Below are positions 12,158 to 23,869 of a stretch of 64,000 nucleotides of DNA, in pieces. The notes beneath the pieces were generated by a model. The model was not told the DNA's origin and did no database searches. It saw only the letters and a program-made list of their open reading frames with translations. Origin of the DNA: Selaginella moellendorffii (taxonomy: Eukaryota; Plantae; Lycopodiophyta); the NCBI RefSeq assembly GCF_000143415.4, contig NW_003314280.1:1-64000 (forward strand), in the 5' to 3' direction. The position numbers and the translations under genes were made by a program. Within the stretch, counting starts at the first letter, position 1, and each line of letters opens with the position of its first letter.

Positions 12158-14956
12158 CAGGTTCACAGGGAAGATACTGTTTTTCTTTGGCAATTGTAAT
12201 TATATGCTCCATTGAAGTCACCTCTTCAATGGAGTTTGTCACCGCAACACACAGGACACCCTTGGGTAGTGCGGCTCAAAAGAATAGTCCGCCGCAGTTG
12301 TACTCGACAACGCATTTGCCCTTGGAGTCGGAAGCAGGTGACCCACCTACTATTGTGTTAAAGACCCAGCTAAGCATTTCCCATGCTGCACCTGGAGCTT
12401 TCTCTGGATTCGAAAGCTCCATAGCCGTCTTCAGTTCCTCAGGCACGGGTAAATTGACCTCCCTCAGATCAATTCGATCGGCCTTGTTGAACGAAGCTGG
12501 GAAGTCACTCCAGTCCCACTCTGCTGCAGGACCAATAACAAGGGCGAGTGTGAAGATGCGGACATTCGTCGGTATCTTCTTCTTAGCCATTATCCCATGG
12601 ATCTCTCGCATCTCCTTGCCTTTCAACCGAGCCTTCACCTCATTCAAGGCCTTCCAGAACTTGTGATAGGATTCGGAGTCGTAGATTATATAGTGGACTG
12701 AAGATTCCACCTCCGCAAGTCCCACCATTAAGTCAATGATGGAGCTGACTTCGTTTGCATGAGTGATCTCCTCGTTTGTGAAGTCCATCACACAAAAGAT
12801 GTTCTTGACCTGCTCATCTCCGCGGGAAATGATGCTCCTCCACCTTTGATCCTCATCCGAATTCACGTATACCCGGTAAGGTTCTCGATAGGCCTCTGTT
12901 GCGGGGTCGAGCTGTTTCTGAAGCCGGCGGTCGACATCCCTCTTAATGAAATTTGGATACTGATCCAACTTCTCAGCTTTACTTTTCGTGGCATCCCGCA
13001 GTAGATCGATGAACTTGGGGGCCCCCTTCACGTACTCGTCGATGTCTTCATTTGACAACTCCAGCTCTTCCATCATCTCTTGCGTGGTGTCGATGCTCAC
13101 CCTCTCCACGGCCACTTGCTCGAAGATCCAATCCTTCAATAGCACACGAGCACTCAGAGTCGTGCACAAGTCCTCGTATGTCACAATATGGCCGGGAGTC
13201 ATTTTGGTCTTGTTGAAGACTACCTCACCACGTAAAAGAGCATTAGCCACTGTCAGAAGGTCATCGTCGTCTAGAAACCGCGAGAAATGCAAGGCGTTGA
13301 GCTTGAAATCATTGGGCTTCCGGCCGTCCTCCACACCCATTGAGTTTAGCAACTCCCCGTCATGGTACCTCCTCAGCACATCTACCCATTTGTCAAAAAC
13401 AACTTTTGTCGCGAGTAGAATGTTATGGATGCTGAGTGTGTCATTGACCCCCAGTGTTTTCGAGAGAAGACTCGAGAATTCCTGCAATGGAAATGGCGTG
13501 AGGCCACATGCTATGCCACATGCAACGAGGCTTACATGCCAGGCGCTAATTGCTAGTGCACGTCCTTGTCCTGGTTTTTGTGGCTTCTTCAGTTGAACCC
13601 AGAGCTTCCGTGTTCGTGCCAATGTCTCGTGCAGACCCGATTTGTAGCACGTTTCTTGCTTGACATTCTGCACGTGGGAGATGTATATGATAGATCGGAG
13701 GGGCGAGTTGCCTTTTATTAGGCAGACAACTCTTGTCTTGAAGACTTTCTTCACCTCCTCGCCCACCATAATATCCACAACTATCTCTTGCATCGCCAAG
13801 CTAGAATGCTGCCCGGAGACGGCATAGAACCGGATGTTCTGATCGTCCAACACCTTCCTATTGATCAAGTCTGGAAACCTTGTCTCGCCCTTCATTGTTC
13901 GGTAGTAGGGGATCACGTCTGCGATGTCGGGTGTTACTGGACTTGCCAGCATCTTCTGCTTTAGTTTCTCCACCCACTCAGCAGATACTAGCCTGTGGTT
14001 GTATTTGCTTTGGATGTCGATGTGGCTCACGTCGATTGTATATACTTTGTTGGAATAGTAACAAGTATTATTATCTGTGACGATTTTTGCTACCTTTTCT
14101 TGCTCTTTTTGCTCTTTGCGGCTCTTCTTTTTGGTGGGTGTAGTGTTTGAACCCGAGGCAATGGCATCACTGAGTAGCTTCTTTTTTGGAGCAGGAGAGT
14201 CAAACGTCGGCTTGAGCTTGACCACCCTTTTCTGCTTCGGGGTAGTTTCCAGATCGACCCCCTTCTCCTTCGCTTCGCGAACTGGAGTCACTCTCAACGG
14301 CTCAATGTTGGAATATAGTTTTTGAACATCACTGTAGGTGAGGTTCGTGGATTCCATGTGATCTTCATAGACCCGCAGCGTCTTTGAAATTGTGGGCATC
14401 CTGGACAACCTCTCCCTAGCTCCCTCTAGGAATTCCTCATAGCCGCTGCCCCCCTTCGGGAAGCCGCTAGGATGTGCAAGGTGGATCTTGAAGGCGGACG
14501 CTGTCTCTACCACAAGTGCCAGTCCATATTCTTGCATGGAACTGCATGGAGTGTCTATCACTTGGATGAGGATCCCCATGCATTCTTTTCTCCCACCATC
14601 TGTGTTGTATAGCCTCAGATCCTCGCCTTCCATTCCGAAAGTCCAACTGGTGAGCTCCTCCCCCTTCTCTACATCCACATTGACAGTGGCTGGAAGAAGA
14701 ACGCAATTCCTCGCCTGTTCAGAAATGCACAACAATTAGAGCTGACAGATGAAAAGCTAGCAGGTGGAAATAACGTGAGGCCACACGCCATTCACCACTA
14801 CATCAGATGTCTTGAGGCTGCATCGTAAGATGGCGTGAGGCTACACGCCATCTGTAACCAGACTGCACTCGAGAGCCCCATCGGTGCATGCCAATGTTGC
14901 TACTGAATGGCATGTGGCCTCATGCCATTTTCTACTTGGCCTAAAAGACTTACCAT
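12158..14956 (-). pseudogene. Cargo gene: ParB/Srx-like domain fused to degenerate amino-methyltransferase-like fold
   Basis: Predicted ATG 14956-14954, intron 14953-14715, long exon (819-aa ORF) with an in-frame 54-nt intron at 13482-13535. ParB-like segment IDVSHIDI..NHRLV..WVEKLK..FYAVSGQHS. C-terminal PEKAPG..CVVEYNCGGLFF*AALPKGVLCVAV resembles MTase motif X/I. Premature TGA at 12276-12278. Confidence 0.6.
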
Positions 14957-16000
14957 TCGAAGCTGAATGGAGGCGTGAAAATCGAGGCCGGACTTGCTGG
15001 CGAATGTGCACTGTGTGTGCAGCGGATCGTAGCAGCAAGGCTACTCTGCCACTTACAGTTGGAGAGTGGTGCTGAAATCTTTTGGGATGCCAAGTGGGCT
15101 GTGTGTGGGTGGCGGAGTGGGCGGCGGAGTTGGCGGCGAAGTTACAAACTGGGTGTGTTTTGAAGTGGACGCCGATGCACACGAGCGTGATGCGAGTGCG
15201 ATGCGAGCACGAGTGTGATGCAAGCGCGAGTGGACGCCGATGCACACGAGAAACCTGTAGAGAAGGTAGATGAGCGCGAATGTGAGCGTGATCGCGAGTT
15301 GGAGCGCGATGCAAGCGCGAGTACGAAGCAAAATGCAAAACCTAACCTCACATGCGCGAAATGTCACGACGGTTGGTAATCCCGCAACATCATCATTCCT
15401 CGGACTTGGGCGCCACCATTAATTTCTGGATCGCCGCGCGCATGCATGCACGTGAAATCCAAAAGAAATCCGCAATGTCATCATTCCTCGGATTGCATGC
15501 ACGCGAAATCCAAAAGAAAGATCATGATTGGGATATCATTTAATACCCTCACTATATTTATACCATGCATGATTGGATATTCCAAAGCATCTTGTATTTC
15601 CAAAAATGCCAAATGTTCAGCTAAATAAAGAATGGTATACAATGTCCTTCTTGATGACCCTGCAAAGAAGCATCTCGATCGGACACCACATGAGACCACA
15701 CGAGCCTTACAATGTTTCAGGGGCATTTGCCATAGGTCCGACCGTTATTTTGCTCCAAGATTCTACAGTTTGGTGTGCATTGACCTTTCCATCGACACTG
15801 CAAAGGGACATCACAATCAGATGCGGGATCACAAGAAACCAATTCACTAACTCTGGTTTCACCAAGATCTACGTAAGGAGTTATGAAATGTAAGGACCCT
15901 CTCTATTGAAATGTGTTTATGGTCCTAGGGGCATTGTGACATATCAAAGGATTTTACATCAAGTTCTGTATTTGCATGTTTATCAAGCTACTGAATTGCT

Positions 16001-16018
16001 AAACCCTAAACCCTAAAC
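16001..16018 (+). promoter_or_regulatory. Telo-box-like AAACCCTA motifs in the divergent promoter region
   Basis: aaaccctaaaccctaaac between the divergently oriented cargo and transposase genes. Confidence 0.3.
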
Positions 16019-17029
16019 ATGTGGCAAATGCTGCATGAAGAAAGATGCCCTTTCTGGGCAAATACTGTAAGAGGCAGATGCCGAGCAGATGTATCTTAGG
16101 CTAGCGAAGGGGACAAATGAAAGCTAACTATAAACATGACGGGATGCAAATAGATTACTAGGCTGGTCCTGCGAAAATCAAAAACCATAATTGAAAACAT
16201 TGAAAATGCAAAAAGAAAGGTTTATAATATTTTTGAATTTTAAGCAACCAAAGGAATGTAAGTAGGGCATGTGTTTGTAAGTTTAAAAATGCCTCAACCA
16301 CTTAAATTCCCAAGTAAATAAAGCTGTTTCTATTTTTGGTACATGTAAACTTTATAGCGTGTGGGCTCATGCAATTTTGAACCAAAAAATGCACCAAAAA
16401 ATGCTCGACTAGCATTATTCTTTGAATGGCATGTGGCCTTATATTGCCATAAATGGACGTACACACACAGCATAATTATTCCTTTACACGGCAAATAATC
16501 TTGGCACGGATCGCTGACATGGCATGGCAAAGTTCGAATCACTGACATGGCACAGCTGGATCGAGGCAAGGACATGATGTGACAAAGTTCAACCTCCGAC
16601 AGCAAAGTCTAGAAGCTACTCAGTTTGAAATTTGTCAGAGGAATCATAAGATCTGGTTTGTCAGAGGATTTGATGTGACGTTCAAGTGTGTGTTATTTTT
16701 GAATTCTCGAACTCATTCCTAGGTCTATCATTTTTGTGCACCGTGTTCTTGGTTCCACTGAGCGCAGTGAGCGCTGCTTGTGTAAGCGGCGTTGTGAGCT
16801 GTGGTTTATGCGTCTACGAGCGGTTGCGGCATTGCGAGCGCCATTGCGAGCGACAGTTTATGCGAGTGGCAGTTTGTGCGAGCGGCGCTACGAGCAGTTG
16901 CGGTGGTGTGAGCGGCGCTACGGTACCACTAATGGTATGAGGGCTCATGCCATCTTGGGGCTTGCAAGTTCATCACTAGCATATTGCCAATAGTTTCTTT
17001 ACCTGCCTGTAGCTGTGTGTTTATCAAGA

Positions 17030-17219
17030 TGGCATGAGGCCTCATGCCATCTTTGGCCCCTGCTAGCCTATTGCCATATTCCTTTTGCCTTGCTGCAACT
17101 GTATATATTTTTGTGTGCGTGACTAGTCACACACACAAAAATATATACAGTTGTAGCAAGGCAAAAGGAATATAGCAACAGGCTAACAGAGGCCAAAGAT
17201 AGTGTGAGGCCTCATGCCA
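17030..17219. repeat. ~190-bp imperfect hairpin capped by 20-bp palindromes
   Basis: Arms are near-complementary around gtgactagtcac (17119-17130). Confidence 0.9.
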
Positions 17220-17408
17220 TTAGTGGTACCGCTAATGGCATGAGGGCTCATGCCAATTTTGTGAATGCGAAATTTCACGTGGGTGTCAATAGCATGTTTG
17301 AATAATGGCATGTGGCCTCATGCTATTGAGGTTGTTTGGTATGTTATGATTTAGGCCATTCTCCAATCATTTTTTGTATGGTCTTAACTTCTTTTCTGCA
17401 CTTTCAGA

Positions 17409-18273
17409 ATGGCCTCCGCAAGTGCGACGCATGTTCCCTCCGTGGATCTTAAGAACCGTGCTACATGGATTCAGGCAAAGGTGTTTCTAAACAACCCCGA
17501 GGGGGAGGTGGTCGCTGAGGGCTTAGCCATAGTTGTCGATCCAAGAGATGCGGTTGCTAATCAAGAATTGGGCTGGGATGATATTGGAGTTCAGATTTTA
17601 GAGGTTGTTGACACAGAAGAAAATAGTCTGACTATTGGAAGCATTGTGCGGTGGAAATTGAGGCACTTAGTGTTTGAGAATGTGAAGGATTCACAATCAA
17701 ACACCACTACAACTGATGACAGAACATCTCTTCATGGGAAAAGAAAGTACACCTTCCTAAAGCACAGCCAAAGGGATCTGAGCAACGAACCGAAAAGGCA
17801 GAAAATGGCGATGGAGGTTCGAATGGTCTCGATAGTTGCTTGTTGCAAGAGGAGGTGCTGTCAACATGCTGATTGGGATGCTATTGAAGAGGAGAGAGCA
17901 AGATACAAGACATTGTCCTGGAAGGCAGCTCGCAATTTTGTGTATGAGGCATTACGGTCATCTGTTGATGCTTCAGAACATCAGGTGGGGGGCATGGTCT
18001 TCCAGAGGGGTTTGGTCTGCATGAAGGCATGGAGAATCATTTATGGAGTCCCTCAAACCACATTCTATAGAATCAAAACTGAGTTCGAGGAACAAAGGGT
18101 TCAACAGGTAGTCCATGGGAACGATGGTACTCACAAAACCAGGGGTCATGTTGTATATGGAGAGGCAATCTTCAAGAGGTTTGTCGAGACATGTAGCAAG
18201 TAGCAACCACATAAAACCCGCCTCTTGGAAGATGGAACTCGAGACACCCAACGAGTTCTCCCTTCCATGTATA
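17409..18273 (+). pseudogene. Sola-like transposase, N-terminal part (interrupted by the LTR insertion)
   Basis: 264-aa ORF after splice acceptor ctttcag, with CCKRRCC and VCMKAWRIIYGV motifs. The frame continues past TAG (18201-18203) as QPHKTRLL..VLPSMY up to the LTR at 18274. Confidence 0.72.
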
Positions 18274-19420
18274 TGTAAGGAACCGACTCCCCGAGATGTC
18301 GTAGGCTAAAGGATCCCCAAAAGCTTGACTGAAGTGACAAAGAGTTCATCGGATGGGACCAAGTCGAGGATCGAGTCCAAGACCGACTCTAGGACCGAGT
18401 TCGAGATAGAGTCCGGAATCGAGTCCGAGACCGACTCGGGGACCGAGTTCGAGTCCGAGTTCGAGACCGAGTTCGAGACGGAGTCCGAGATCCGAAATCG
18501 GGTCCGAGACCGAGTCCGAGGTCGAGTCCGAGGTCGGGTCCGAGATCGGGTCCGAGATCGAGTCCGTGATCGAGTCCGAACCCGAATCCGAAGTCGGATC
18601 CGAAATCGGGTCCGAGATCAAGCTAGAGACTAAGTCCAAATACTAATACGGGTCAAGGGGTGAAAGCCCAAAGCGTGCGTCTCCCAGGGGGGGGGGCTGC
18701 AGGGGGTTCCAAAAGTATAGTAGGGATAGTGAGGTCCAGGAACCAGTTTTGAAGGGACTCTCCAGTTGGGCTTCCAAACCGACTTGAGGTTGGGACTGGG
18801 ACCGAGGGGCCTTGGGTGGGAGTGAGCATGGACTTGGCTGGTGCCGGAGGGGCCATCCAAGGAAGTGCTCAAGAGCAGCTCCCACTCCCGAAAGGGAAAC
18901 CGATTGCGGTGCTCCCGGCTCATGTGGAGTGGTGCCCCACTTGAGTACCATGCGGCTCATTGGTCCTCGCCCTTCCTAGGGGCTTGGGCCTTCCTTCGGG
19001 ATGGAAGTGGGGGGCGAGAGGTACCCATACCGGGCCGCTAGGCCACGGTGTTTCGCCCCGGCGTCCCGAAGCAAGTGTTGCACTCAAGACTTGGGATTTA
19101 GAGGGTCCCATGATCAAGTCTTGTGGTACCAAGGGATGTTAGGAACCTGGAAGCTTGGTGTGCTTGGCTGCTTGTGCTTGCGGGGAGTGTAGCCGAACCT
19201 TAAGTCCAGTCTAACCCGGGGAGGGGGATTGGGAGTGATTTGGGAATCCATGGAAGGATGGCTAACACTCCGTTGCTCGTGCAGTGAGTAGCTGAAACCA
19301 AGTAGGAGCTGGTACCATAGGCGAGAACCTTGGCGAGGGAACTTAGCAAAAGCCAAGGCAGTGTTGGACGGATAGGCGAGGTAAGCTGGCAAAGTGGAAA
19401 GGAAAAATTTGTGGCTTACA
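18274..19420 (+). repeat. LTR1 (1147 bp) with hexamer tandem repeat region
   Basis: TGTAAG...CTTACA; GAGTCC/GAGATC-type repeats ~18360-18630. Confidence 0.95.
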
Positions 19421-19423
19421 ATT

Positions 19424-19435
19424 TGGTATCGGAGC
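19424..19435 (+). promoter_or_regulatory. Primer-binding site (tRNA-iMet)
   Basis: tggtatcggagc, 3 nt after the LTR; one difference from canonical TGGTATCAGAGC. Confidence 0.9.
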
Positions 19436-22400
19436 CTTCTCCTCAGTTCTAGCGAAGGATAGAGGCGGATTGCTGGGAGATGGCAAGGGCAGGGCGTAAG
19501 CGAACCCAGGCGGAGACAGAACCTCCGCCAGAGCTGGAGCCTCCGGTCGAACAAGAGGCTATGGATGAGGAATCCTTGCATGAGGAGGACTCTAGTGAGG
19601 AAACTTCCAAACAGGAGTCCGGTGGCGAGGTTCGGTCGTCCAAGGCTCGATTGGACGTTCTAGAAGGTCAATTGGCGCAGACCAATGCCCTGCTGGAGAC
19701 TCTCGTACGCAAGCTAAAGCGTGACGAGAAACGAAAGAAAAGGCGAAAGACTGCGGATGCTGGCAGCGCAGAAGGTGCGGACCCTTCTGCAGGGACTGAG
19801 GCAAAACCAGACAAGGTCGAACAGACCGAAGTGGAATCAGTCCCTCAGGCAGTTCCCAAGTACAAACCAAAGCCCCCACCGGTGTTCAAGGGAGTGAACG
19901 ACTATAAGGTTGTGGAGGATTGGTTTTACGATATGGAGGACTACTTCCGAGCGTTACGGTTACCGAGCTCGGAGAAGGTCCCATGTGCAAAACCATACTT
20001 GGCAGATAATGCCAAGTCTTGGTGGAGAACAACGGAGGCCAACGAAGGACCGGTGGCCACCTGGGACATGATGAAGGCGAGGATCCGCGCGACATACGTT
20101 CCTCCGAATGCCACTCTGCATCTGAGAGATGAGCTGAGTAGGCTGAAGCAGACTGGAACCATCCAGGAATATGTGAATGGGTTCATGGCAAAGAGGATAC
20201 TTGTCACGGACATGGGGGATATGGATGCGTTCCATGCCTTTATATCAGGTTTGCAAACCTGGGCTCGCGGTGAGGTGATGCGCTGGAACCCGACCAACTA
20301 CAAGGAAGCGTTGGATGCGGCCATCAAGGTGCATTTCAACGATAACCTGCGAAAGGGGAACACGACGGGGTCGGGATCCACGTTTCACAAAGGGGCCAAA
20401 CCGAGGGGAACATATAGCAGGGGGAAATTCAAGAAGAGTTTCTCTAAGAATGAGTCCTCGGGATTTCGGAAAGGCAAATCCGGTGGCCAGCGAGCAAGTA
20501 CGTGGGGGAGTCAAGCGAAAAGAGACAAACCCACAGATAAGAAGGTCAAGTCATATAGCAGCGTGGGAAACAACGTATGCTATAACTGCGGTGAAGCGGG
20601 ACACTTTTCGAGGGAATGTCCCTACCCGAAGAAGGCCAGAGCCAATATGGCCATCAAGTCGGGCGAAGTCCAAAATGAGGTATGTGATCCAGTCCCTAAC
20701 TCAAAGTTACTCATTACACGAGCAACTTTGGTAGAGAGTCGTTCGCGACATCTACTAGCCCTCCGAGGGAAGCTCGGAGGTAGCTTTGTTAAGATCCTTA
20801 TTGACACGGGTGCTTCGGATAATTTTGTGGCTGCAGACATAGTCCGGCAAGCCGGACTAACGGTGCAGCGGCTAGGCGAACCAAGGACTATAGAGTTTGT
20901 TCAAGGTAGCCAAAGCACCGATGAGGTACTTCGACAAGCGAAAGTCGAAGTAGGGACTTGGAAGGTAGACATGGATTTCACCGTGTTGGACATGGCGGGA
21001 TTTGACGTGATCTTCGGAATGGATTGGTTCAATCGGTTCGTGGTAGCCCTACATGGACAAGGTAGGAACCTTGTGGTACTGGCGAATGCCCAAGGAAGAA
21101 GATCTAGGGTGGAAGCCCAGGATCTAAAGGTAGGGCAAAGCAAGGCCAAAGAATCCTGCTTAAACCTGGTGTCCACGAGAGGACAACTCACTAAAGGAAC
21201 TAAGGCAGCCTTTTTGTGCTTACTCTCGGTGAAGAGTGACAAAAAGACAAGAACGGAAGAAGTGCCTTTAGTGATCCAGCGGGTGTTGGACCAATTCCAG
21301 GATACCATGCCGGAGGAGCTACCGGCGGAGCTGCCCCCAGCACGACTGATAGAACATAAGATTGAGCTGGTCGAGGGTGCTGAGGCAGTGGTTCGTCCCC
21401 CTTATCGTTTGAACGAAAAAGAACTCAAGGAGCTCAAGTGCCAACTAGAGGAGTTGGTGGACAAAGGGTATGTTAGGTTGAGCAAGTCGCCGTATGGGGC
21501 GCCGGTGTTATTTGTGAAAAAGAAAGATGGATCTATGCGCATGTGCATAGACTACCGCTTGCTCAACAAGTATACAAAGAAGAACAAGTACCCTTTGCCA
21601 AGGATTGAGGACCTGTTCGATAGGTTGGGAAAGGCAAAATACTTCTCGAGGATTGACCTAAGGTCAGGATACTACCAGATCAGGGTAGCCGAGGAAGATG
21701 TCGAGAAGACAACCTGTCGAACGAGGTATGGGAGCTTTGAGTTTCTAGTGATGCCCTTCGGGCTATGTAATGCGCCGGCAACGTTTTCGGCGCTAATGAA
21801 CCACGTCTTTGTACCCTATCTGGATCACTTCGTGGTCGTCTATATTGACGACATCCTGATCTATAGCGAGACGCTAGAAGAGCATGCCGAACACTTGGCG
21901 AAGGTGTTTGAGAAACTAAGGGAACACAAGCTGTATGCTAAAGAGAGCAAATGTGACTTTGCTCAACAAGAGGTAAAGTTTCTCGGGCATGTGGTGGGCC
22001 AGGACGGGCTCAAGGTGGACCCGGAGAAGGTCCAAGCGATCCAGGAATGGGAGCGACCATCGAATGTAGATGAGTTGAGGGCGTTCCTGGGGCTATGCAA
22101 CTACTATCGAAAGTTTATTAGACACTATTCGAGAGTAGCCCTGCCCTTAACGGACCAAACAGGAAAAGGAAGATGGTATGGACAGCAGAATGCGAGGCGG
22201 CATTCGTCCACCTCAAAGGGAAGTTGAGGAAGGCTCCCGTATTGGCATTGCCAGACTTTGGTAAGGACTTTGAGGTAGAAACGGACGCTTCGGACTTTGC
22301 GTTGGGCGCAGTTCTAAAGCAAGACAACCATCCGGTAGCGTTCTTCTCGAAGAAGCTGGACAAGGCTCAACGGAAGTGGCCTGCCCATGAGAAGGAATTG

Positions 22401-23352
22401 TTTGCGGTGGTCAAGGCACTCAAGGAGTGGCGACACTACCTTGGGAGACACTTCAAGGTTTACACGGACAATGTGGCAACGAAACACTTCTTGTCACAGC
22501 CCGACCTAAGAGGGAAACAAGGTCGGTGGGCCAATGCCTTGGCCGAGTTTGATTGCGAAATTCTGTACAAGCCTGGAAAGAGCAACATCGTGGCGGATGC
22601 GCTAAGTCGAAAAGCGAGCTTGAAGTTGGCAATATCCAGCGCAACAGCAACCTTCTGGGACGATGTGCGAACAGCATATGAGAACGATGGTCTAGCACAA
22701 GAAGTGTTGCTGAGGAATCTAGAGGCGCGGGAAGCTCACCAGAGAGGTGAGCTGCCAACGGAAGAGAAAACGGGCTATGCGGAACGCAACGGACTCATTT
22801 ATTACAAGCAAACGAGGGTGTATGTTCCAGAAGGGGAACTAAGGAAGGTGGCCTTAGAAGAGTGTCATGACGGACCTCTTGCGGGACACGGCGGAGTGCC
22901 CAAGACGATGGGCTTACTCAAGAGGAAGTACCATTGGCCAGATATGGCTAAGGACGTCCAAGACTATGTAAAGACATGTCCAACATGTCAGCAGGTCAAA
23001 GCCGTGACTAAGGCTAGTGGGGGCTTGTTGCAAAGCATCCCAATTCCAGATCGCCCGTGGAAATGTCTTACGATGGACTTCATCACGGGACTACCCCCAA
23101 GCGAGGGGTTCGATGCGATATTTGTGGTGGTGGACCGATTTTCAAAGATGGCACATTTCATACCCACCACAACGGACGTGGATGCGGAAGGTGTGGCGAA
23201 GCTGTTCTTTGAACAAGTGGTTCGAGTTCGGGGAAGGCCGGAAGAGATTATCTCAGATCGAGATAAGATCTTCACTAGTAGGTTCTGGAGGACACTCCTA
23301 GAACAGTATCGCACCAAATTGAAATTCAGCACAGCCTATCACCCACAGACAG

Positions 23353-23399
23353 GTAATGGGTATTAAGTCAAGATTGATGGCACTAACACTTCTTGACAG
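23353..23399 (+). other. 47-nt GT-AG intron in integrase core
   Basis: GTAATG donor, CTAAC branch point, TTGACAG acceptor; removal restores HPQTDGQTER. Same intron at 29736-29782. Confidence 0.88.
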
Positions 23400-23817
23400 A
23401 CGGACAAACGGAAAGGGTGAAAATGCAGCTGGAGGATTATTTGCGATGTTATGTCTCGGGAGACCAGACCGACTGGGTAAGTCATTTGGGACTTGCGGAA
23501 ATGTGTTATAACAACTCACCACACTCAAGCATCGGGGTGAGTCCATGGGAAGTCATCAATGGGCGAGCTATTGAAGGTCCTGTGGAACTCGGCGTGGCCG
23601 AGTATCATGGAGAGTTACCCGCAGTGGAGGCATTCACGGCGGAAAGACTCAACATTTGGAATCTAGTGAGGGATTCCTTGGAACGGGCTCAACAAAGGCA
23701 AACTAAGTACGCGAACCAAAAGCGTCGGGATGTGGAGTTCCAAGCTGGGGAGAAGGTGTGGCTGAACACCAAGAACCTCAGACTACCAAGCTGGATCAGC
23801 CGAAAGTTGACCCAAAG

Positions 23818-23869
23818 GTAAAGACGCATGTATTCCTGTAAATGAATTGATCTTGAGTTCCTTAAGCAG
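23818..23869 (+). other. 52-nt GT-AG intron before the GPY motif
   Basis: GTAAAG...TAAGCAG; removal restores KLTQRFAGPY. Same intron at 30201-30252. Confidence 0.85.

Noticed and set aside
14841-15367. Several overlapping ORFs upstream of the cargo gene
   Set aside because: Low-complexity CG-rich leader/promoter sequence with no protein-like signal.
18325-18639. RD/SD-repeat ORFs in LTRs (also 24706, 31070, 36613, 42141, 45890)
   Set aside because: By-products of hexamer tandem repeats that are open in several frames.
19592-23546. Antisense and alternate-frame ORFs over gag-pol
   Set aside because: Shadow ORFs; their recurrence only reflects the near-identity of the copies.
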